Shown here: positions 57,912-62,015 of the stretch, in pieces
How positions within the stretch are numbered: position 1 is the stretch's first letter
How the letters are laid out: every line of letters begins with the position of its first letter
Source: a virus
Taxonomy: Duplodnaviria; Caudoviricetes
Length of the DNA: 62,015 nt
IMG/VR virus record: IMGVR_UViG_3300033076_000935
Location: 1 to 62,015 of that record
Strand: one strand, 5' to 3'
Made by a program: the position numbers and the translations under genes
Notes under the pieces: generated by a model
Told to the model about the DNA's origin: nothing
What the model saw: only the letters and a program-made list of their open reading frames with translations
Databases searched by the model: none

Positions 57912-58694
57912 TTAAACAGCTCTTTTAGTATCAAAAGCAATAATATGCTCTCTACCTGTAAAGCGATATGCATTTTTAGTACACCATTCAATAACCAACG
58001 GATATACTCTAATCAACTCTTGACGGTTATCACCTGGAGGCATAATAATTACCTTTTCTTTAGGTATTTCTAATTCATCTAACCATGCTTTCGTCTCTGC
58101 CCATTCTTCTGGTCGTTCAACTGGATTAGCTACTATCTTAACGTGGTAGTCCTTATGGTAATCTAAAGTTGCTTTGATTGCTTCTTTGTTAAGACGGAAT
58201 CTGTTGTGTGTATCGATAAGTTTTTGGTCTGTAACAGCACCTTGAGGAGTAAGTACACCCAATACAGGAACGCTATTGGTAAACTTAGGACTAAGGCTAA
58301 TAAGGTCAATAGGGTAATCGGTAGGGAGAAAGTGACTTCCTTCGGTTTCAATTGTGATGATAATTCCTCTTTCATGAGCAAAATGTGTTAATTCGTTAAC
58401 TAAATCAGGGTGCATTGTTGGTGAACCCCCTGTTAACATCATCTCTTTTACTTCCGGGTTCTCATCATAAATCTTAACGATGTCGTTAAAACTGTAAATA
58501 CCTTTTTCTGGGTGTATACTTGTATACCAAGAGTCACACCATCCACCTTCGCCAAAATAACAACGGTGTGTACAGCCTGTAGTTCGAATTGCTACAGTTG
58601 GGTATCCAGCTCTTGAACCTTCTGATTGTACGCAGGTATACAATTCTACGATAGGTAATCTTTTACTATAATCTGCAATTCTTCCTAAGCTCAT
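57912..58694 (-). CDS. queE: 7-carboxy-7-deazaguanine synthase (radical SAM)
   Basis: QSEG..AG.P, RTTGCTHRC..WCDS, LTGG.P, IETEG, SLSPK. Confidence 0.9.
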   Translation of the reverse strand: MSLGRIADYSKRLPIVELYTCVQSEGSRAGYPTVAIRTTGCTHRCYFGEGGWCDSWYTSIHPEKGIYSFNDIVKIYDENPEVKEMMLTGGSPTMHPDLVNELTHFAHERGIIITIETEGSHFLPTDYPIDLISLSPKFTNSVPVLGVLTPQGAVTDQKLIDTHNRFRLNKEAIKATLDYHKDYHVKIVANPVERPEEWAETKAWLDELEIPKEKVIIMPPGDNRQELIRVYPLVIEWCTKNAYRFTGREHIIAFDTKRAV

Positions 58695-58695
58695 A

Positions 58696-59268
58696 TTATT
58701 TAATTTTTCGGTCATCGTATTCTAAAACTCCTTTATCTTGTGCGTATTTCATAATCTCAGGTAAACGAGCAATCATGAAATTCTGTCTTTCTTTATCTGA
58801 AATGCTTGATCGATCACAGTCAGTCCAGCAATTTGGAGTTTCGTAAATCTTAACGTTATGTATCTTCAAACCTGTAGGAGCATTACCGTATAAAGTTTCT
58901 GATAATACATCCATAGCTAAGAAGACTTCTTTAGCAATATTCTCTACTGATGGGTTACAATACTCTCCTTCACCATTTAAAGACATTAACCATAACTTAG
59001 TACCGTATTCTTTTGTAGTCTCAATCAACTTAGTATCATGTGGATTTAAAATCATACCATGGTCAATGATATCATCAATCCATTGACAGAATACACGTTT
59101 AATTTCTTTAAAATCAATTGCATATCCAATTTCTTCCATATTCTCAAATGAGAACGTTAATTCGTATAGGTAAGTATGACCATGAATGTTAAAACATTTC
59201 ATAAATTCATTCATAACTCTATGTCCAGAGTCAAAATTACCCTTTCGGCTAATATACTGTATTTTCAT
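58696..59268 (-). CDS. queD: 6-carboxytetrahydropterin synthase
   Basis: FDSGHR, C.NIHGHTY, IDF, DH, NPSVENIA, YETP. Confidence 0.9.
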   Translation of the reverse strand: MKIQYISRKGNFDSGHRVMNEFMKCFNIHGHTYLYELTFSFENMEEIGYAIDFKEIKRVFCQWIDDIIDHGMILNPHDTKLIETTKEYGTKLWLMSLNGEGEYCNPSVENIAKEVFLAMDVLSETLYGNAPTGLKIHNVKIYETPNCWTDCDRSSISDKERQNFMIARLPEIMKYAQDKGVLEYDDRKIK

Positions 59269-59288
59269 CTTTATAACTTTTTTTAAAT

Positions 59289-59546
59289 TTATACTAATTC
59301 TTCGTAAATTCCAACTAATTCGGAAACAATTAACAATATAGCTGCAACTTCTATAGAAAAGAATAGAGCTACATATCCTGCAATCCTAATTCCGGATTTA
59401 AGGAAACTTACTAATTGGTGTTTTTTTGGATCGGGGACTTTTTGACCATTTACGAAAATATCATCGTAAAATTCTACCGGGGTGAGTCGTTGTTTCTTAG
59501 AAACAGGTTTTTTTGATGCTTTAAATACATCATGAGGATTTGTCAT
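59289..59546 (-). CDS. Small membrane protein leading the queD-queE operon
   Basis: C-terminal hydrophobic hairpin; begins right after a riboswitch-like leader. Confidence 0.6.
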   Translation of the reverse strand: MTNPHDVFKASKKPVSKKQRLTPVEFYDDIFVNGQKVPDPKKHQLVSFLKSGIRIAGYVALFFSIEVAAILLIVSELVGIYEELV

Positions 59547-59549
59547 GGG

Positions 59550-59578
59550 TGTGTTTTTAGAGTGGTGCTACGACACTA
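59550..59578 (-). ncRNA. preQ1-I riboswitch-like leader upstream of the queD-queE operon
   Basis: AGUG-UCGUAGCAC-CACU-CUAAAAACACA; 18-nt core identical to 55291-55308. Confidence 0.65.
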
Positions 59579-59627
59579 TTGTCTTATAACTAATGTACGA
59601 ATAAATACTTAATATTCCAACTTTCTA

Positions 59628-59744
59628 CTAAAAGTTTTTGTAAATAAAAGGATCTTTCGCTTTTAATTTTTTGATTTTCTTTTTATACAATCTGTTCCTA
59701 TTCCACGTATCGTATAAATCTCTAAGCCAGTTAATTAATCTCAT
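59628..59744 (-). CDS. Small basic protein coupled to the carbamoyltransferase (38 aa)
   Basis: MRLINWLRD...KKLKAKDPFIYKNF; ATGA overlap with the upstream stop. Confidence 0.55.
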   Translation of the reverse strand: MRLINWLRDLYDTWNRNRLYKKKIKKLKAKDPFIYKNF

Positions 59745-61399
59745 TTTTTTAAAATTATGTAATTTTCTACTACCAGGTAATCCATTTTACTATTTAAAAA
59801 CCTATCTACTGCCTGAGAAGGAGTTAACGTAATTGTCTGGTCTTTAAAGTTGAAAGAGGTATTTAAACAAATAGGATATCCTGATATTCTCTTGAGTGCT
59901 TGTAAAAGTAACCAATATCTTCTATTTTGATGTTCGTTGACTGTCTGAACTCTAGCAGTTCCATCTACATGAGTTATAGAAGGTAATCTATGTTGTGGTT
60001 TCACTTTTACTATTTGATTCATGTATGGAATAGGTTCCTTAATATCAAAAAACATCTTAGCATCAGCTTCTATACAAGAAGGAGCAAAAGGTCTAAACCC
60101 TTCTCTCTTTTTTATCACTTTATTGATCTTATCCTTGATACCTTCCTTCAAAGGTGATGCTAATATAGAACGATTACCTAAAGCTCTTGCTCCAAATTCC
60201 ATATTACCTTGAAACCATCCTACAATATTTCCAGAATGAATTAAATTAGCTACTTTTTCTATTAGTCTATCTTCTGTTGGGTATCTAAAGTAAAAAATCT
60301 TACCATCGTACTTGTCTAAATGTGCTTTAACAGTAACATCTGTGAAAGAAGGTCCTTTGTAAGGTACGCTATTATCCTTTCTAACACCTTTATATTCAGC
60401 TAAACAAGCTCCTATAGCAGAACCTGCATCAGAAGGAGCATATGGTATATGAATAGACTTATAATACTTGTAAGCTAGTGAATTAGCTAAACCGTTATAT
60501 GCACATCCTCCTGAAAGACATAAGTTATTTGACTTAACTAAGCTTTTTGTCTTTTCTACTAGTTTAAGAAACTCTCTTTCGTATACAAACTGTACTGCTG
60601 CTGCTAAGTCTTCGTCGTCTTGTGTAATTTTCTCTTCCGGAAACCTTGGTGAGCGATCCAGTAACTTACATAATGCTGAGTTGAACATTATCTTATCAGA
60701 ATACTCCCATGTAAAGTACTTCTGATTTAATGTCAGGTCTTCAGCTTCTATATCAAAAAGGTTATCAAGAAGTGGAATATATTTTTTAGGATTACCATAT
60801 CCGGCTAAACCCATTACTTTATACTCTCCTTCATTTGGCTTAAAACCTAAAAAGGCAGTAAGAGTCGAATAATACATTCCTAACGAATTAGGAAAATTTA
60901 CTGAGTATAGTTTTTCAATTTGCTGGTCAGTTCCTTTAGATATTGTAACTGTTTCAAATTCTCCTACTCCATCAATAGTTAATATTGCAGCGTCTTTGTA
61001 CGGACTCGTATAATAGGAAAATGCGGCATGAGATAAATGATGATCTACGTACTTAATCGTTCCTGTATATTCAAGCTGTTCTTGTAAAACTTGCTCAGGA
61101 TTTTCTCTATGCTTTAAAAACTTGAATCTAGTAAATAGAGTTTTAAAAGGATGTTTATTAAACATACTAATAACTCTTTTTTTCTTAGTGTCTGGGTTTT
61201 CATACCAACAAACTTCATCAACATTCTTAATAGATACTCTAGAAGCTTTTAAAACCCACTTTATTGCATCAATTGGAAAGCTGTTATCGTGTTTTATACC
61301 TGAAAATCTTTCTTGTTCTGCCGCATATAACACTTTACCGTCTTTAACAAGACAGGCTGCTGAATCATGATAATATGCTGATATTCCTAACTGTATCAT
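59741..61399 (-). CDS. NodU/CmcH-family O-carbamoyltransferase
   Basis: HDSAA, ERFS..KH, HHLSHA, DGVGE, EYKVMGLA, EFGARALGNRS, RPFAP, LNTSFN. Confidence 0.93.
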   Translation of the reverse strand: MIQLGISAYYHDSAACLVKDGKVLYAAEQERFSGIKHDNSFPIDAIKWVLKASRVSIKNVDEVCWYENPDTKKKRVISMFNKHPFKTLFTRFKFLKHRENPEQVLQEQLEYTGTIKYVDHHLSHAAFSYYTSPYKDAAILTIDGVGEFETVTISKGTDQQIEKLYSVNFPNSLGMYYSTLTAFLGFKPNEGEYKVMGLAGYGNPKKYIPLLDNLFDIEAEDLTLNQKYFTWEYSDKIMFNSALCKLLDRSPRFPEEKITQDDEDLAAAVQFVYEREFLKLVEKTKSLVKSNNLCLSGGCAYNGLANSLAYKYYKSIHIPYAPSDAGSAIGACLAEYKGVRKDNSVPYKGPSFTDVTVKAHLDKYDGKIFYFRYPTEDRLIEKVANLIHSGNIVGWFQGNMEFGARALGNRSILASPLKEGIKDKINKVIKKREGFRPFAPSCIEADAKMFFDIKEPIPYMNQIVKVKPQHRLPSITHVDGTARVQTVNEHQNRRYWLLLQALKRISGYPICLNTSFNFKDQTITLTPSQAVDRFLNSKMDYLVVENYIILKK

Positions 61400-61437
61400 A
61401 TTGTAATAAATAGAACTAGTTTATTTTTCAGAAGATG

Positions 61438-61511
61438 TGGACCAGGCTGGGCTCGAACCAACGACCTTTGCATTATGAGTGCACTGCTCTAACCAACTGA
61501 GCTACAAGTCC
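61438..61511 (-). tRNA. tRNA with CAT anticodon (Ile2 or elongator Met)
   Basis: GGACTTG TA GCTC..GAGC A GTGCA-CTCATAA-TGCAA AGGTC GTTGG-TTCGAGC-CCAGC CTGGTCC A. Confidence 0.9.
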
Positions 61512-61514
61512 AAT

Positions 61515-61638
61515 AAAAAGAGAAGTTTCGGGTCTTTCAGGGTTACTGATGATGAGTGCAGGCTTTAAGTCGTACTACTAACCCTTTTTCAAACCTTGAC
61601 CTCGTAAGCTCATCATTACAGCTTCACTACCTCTTTTT
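61515..61638 (-). ncRNA. Structured ncRNA candidate with pseudoknot (strand assumed from context)
   Basis: Nested helices AAAAGAG/CTCTTTT, ATGATGAG/CTCATCAT, AGGTTT/AAGCCT and a crossing helix AGGGTTA/TAACCCT. Confidence 0.5.
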
Positions 61639-61639
61639 G

Positions 61640-61797
61640 CTGTAGAGGAAGGATTCGAACCTTCACAGGGCAATTAGGTAAAAGACAAATCGCTTGCAAG
61701 CCGGTGGTCAACCCCTTATCTTTACTTTATTTCGTTATCCCTACCCCCGAGACAGGAGGGAGTGTCTGCCATGGTGTACACCTTTCACCACTCTACA
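61640..61797 (-). tRNA. Giant tRNA-like RNA, Asp (GTC) anticodon, ~80-nt variable arm
   Basis: TGTAGAG/CTCTACA acceptor stem, G discriminator, CCCTC-CTGTCTC-GGGGG anticodon arm, GAAGG-TTCGAAT-CCTTC T arm. Confidence 0.7.
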
Positions 61798-61807
61798 ATT
61801 TTAAATG

Positions 61808-61893
61808 TACTCGGGGCGGGAATCGAACCCGCACGGCCCTTTCGGACCACAGGATTTTAAGTCCTGCGTGTCTACCAGTTCCACCACCCGAGC
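61808..61893 (-). tRNA. tRNA-Leu (TAA)
   Basis: GCTCGGG..GTGGAACTGGTAGACAC, CAGGA-CTTAAAA-TCCTG, long variable arm, GCGGG-TTCGATT-CCCGC. Confidence 0.95.
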
Positions 61894-61940
61894 ATCTAAT
61901 AATTAAATGTACGAACTTTTATTCAAAAAAGCAACTTCTG

Positions 61941-62015
61941 TACCCAGGGAGAGACTCGAACTCTCAAGCCTTTCGGCCACGGCTTCTAAGACCGCTGTGT
62001 CTACCAATTCCACCA
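61941..62015 (-). tRNA. tRNA-Leu (TAG), 5' end beyond window
   Basis: GTGGAATTGGTAGACAC, GCGGT-CTTAGAA-GCCGT, variable arm, GAGAG-TTCGAGT-CTCTC. Confidence 0.9.

Noticed and set aside
58163-58381. 72-aa hydrophobic minus-strand ORF inside queE
   Set aside because: It is an alternative frame fully nested in a conserved gene, with no independent support.
300-61370. All plus-strand ORFs in the track (for example 45149..45688, 37109..37435, 24019..24306)
   Set aside because: They are antisense shadows of well-supported minus-strand genes or RNAs, with no recognisable motifs or start context.
61546-61552. CTGATGA as a hammerhead ribozyme core on the plus strand
   Set aside because: No appropriately placed GAAA and stem II/III arrangement on that strand.
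1-62015. Stop-codon reassignment (alternative genetic code)
   Set aside because: The standard code gives full-length conserved proteins at high coding density, and TAG, TAA and TGA all end genes.
1-62015. Bacterial chromosome origin (groEL, rpsU, neuB, que genes)
   Set aside because: Single-strand dense packing of small hypothetical genes, a lysis cassette, phage-type PolA and ThyX, and repeated phage-style promoters indicate a large phage.

Overview
AT-rich, densely coding segment in which essentially all credible genes lie on the minus strand. It is best read as part of a large tailed-phage genome, probably infecting Bacteroidota (Bacteroidota-like TTG..TAnnTTT promoters, signal peptides followed by Gln, phage bS21). 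Modules: (1) small hypothetical and membrane genes, SPFH, a radical SAM/SGNH pair, NlpC/P60 and ThyX; (2) a ~9 kb putative peptide-modification cluster (10.8-19.8 kb) built around a 641-aa protein made of a circularly permuted ATP-grasp-like domain, a Hint domain, a 24-aa Cys/Trp/Tyr-rich peptide and a second Hint domain, surrounded by a Trp-halogenase-like flavoenzyme, four 2OG-Fe(II) oxygenase-like proteins, two sulfotransferases, a SET protein and APS kinase, many of which end in an (S/T)(L/I)I tail; (3) a ~13 kb glycosyltransferase/nonulosonic-acid cluster; (4) lysis genes, GroEL/GroES/Hsp20 and a family A DNA polymerase; (5) a 7-deazaguanine DNA-modification cluster (folE, queD, queE, queF, dpdA-like, formyltransferase) with two preQ1-I-riboswitch-like leaders; (6) a carbamoyltransferase and a tRNA cluster containing a giant-arm Asp-anticodon tRNA-like RNA and a pseudoknotted ncRNA candidate. 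All calls come from motif recognition by eye; no database searches were run.
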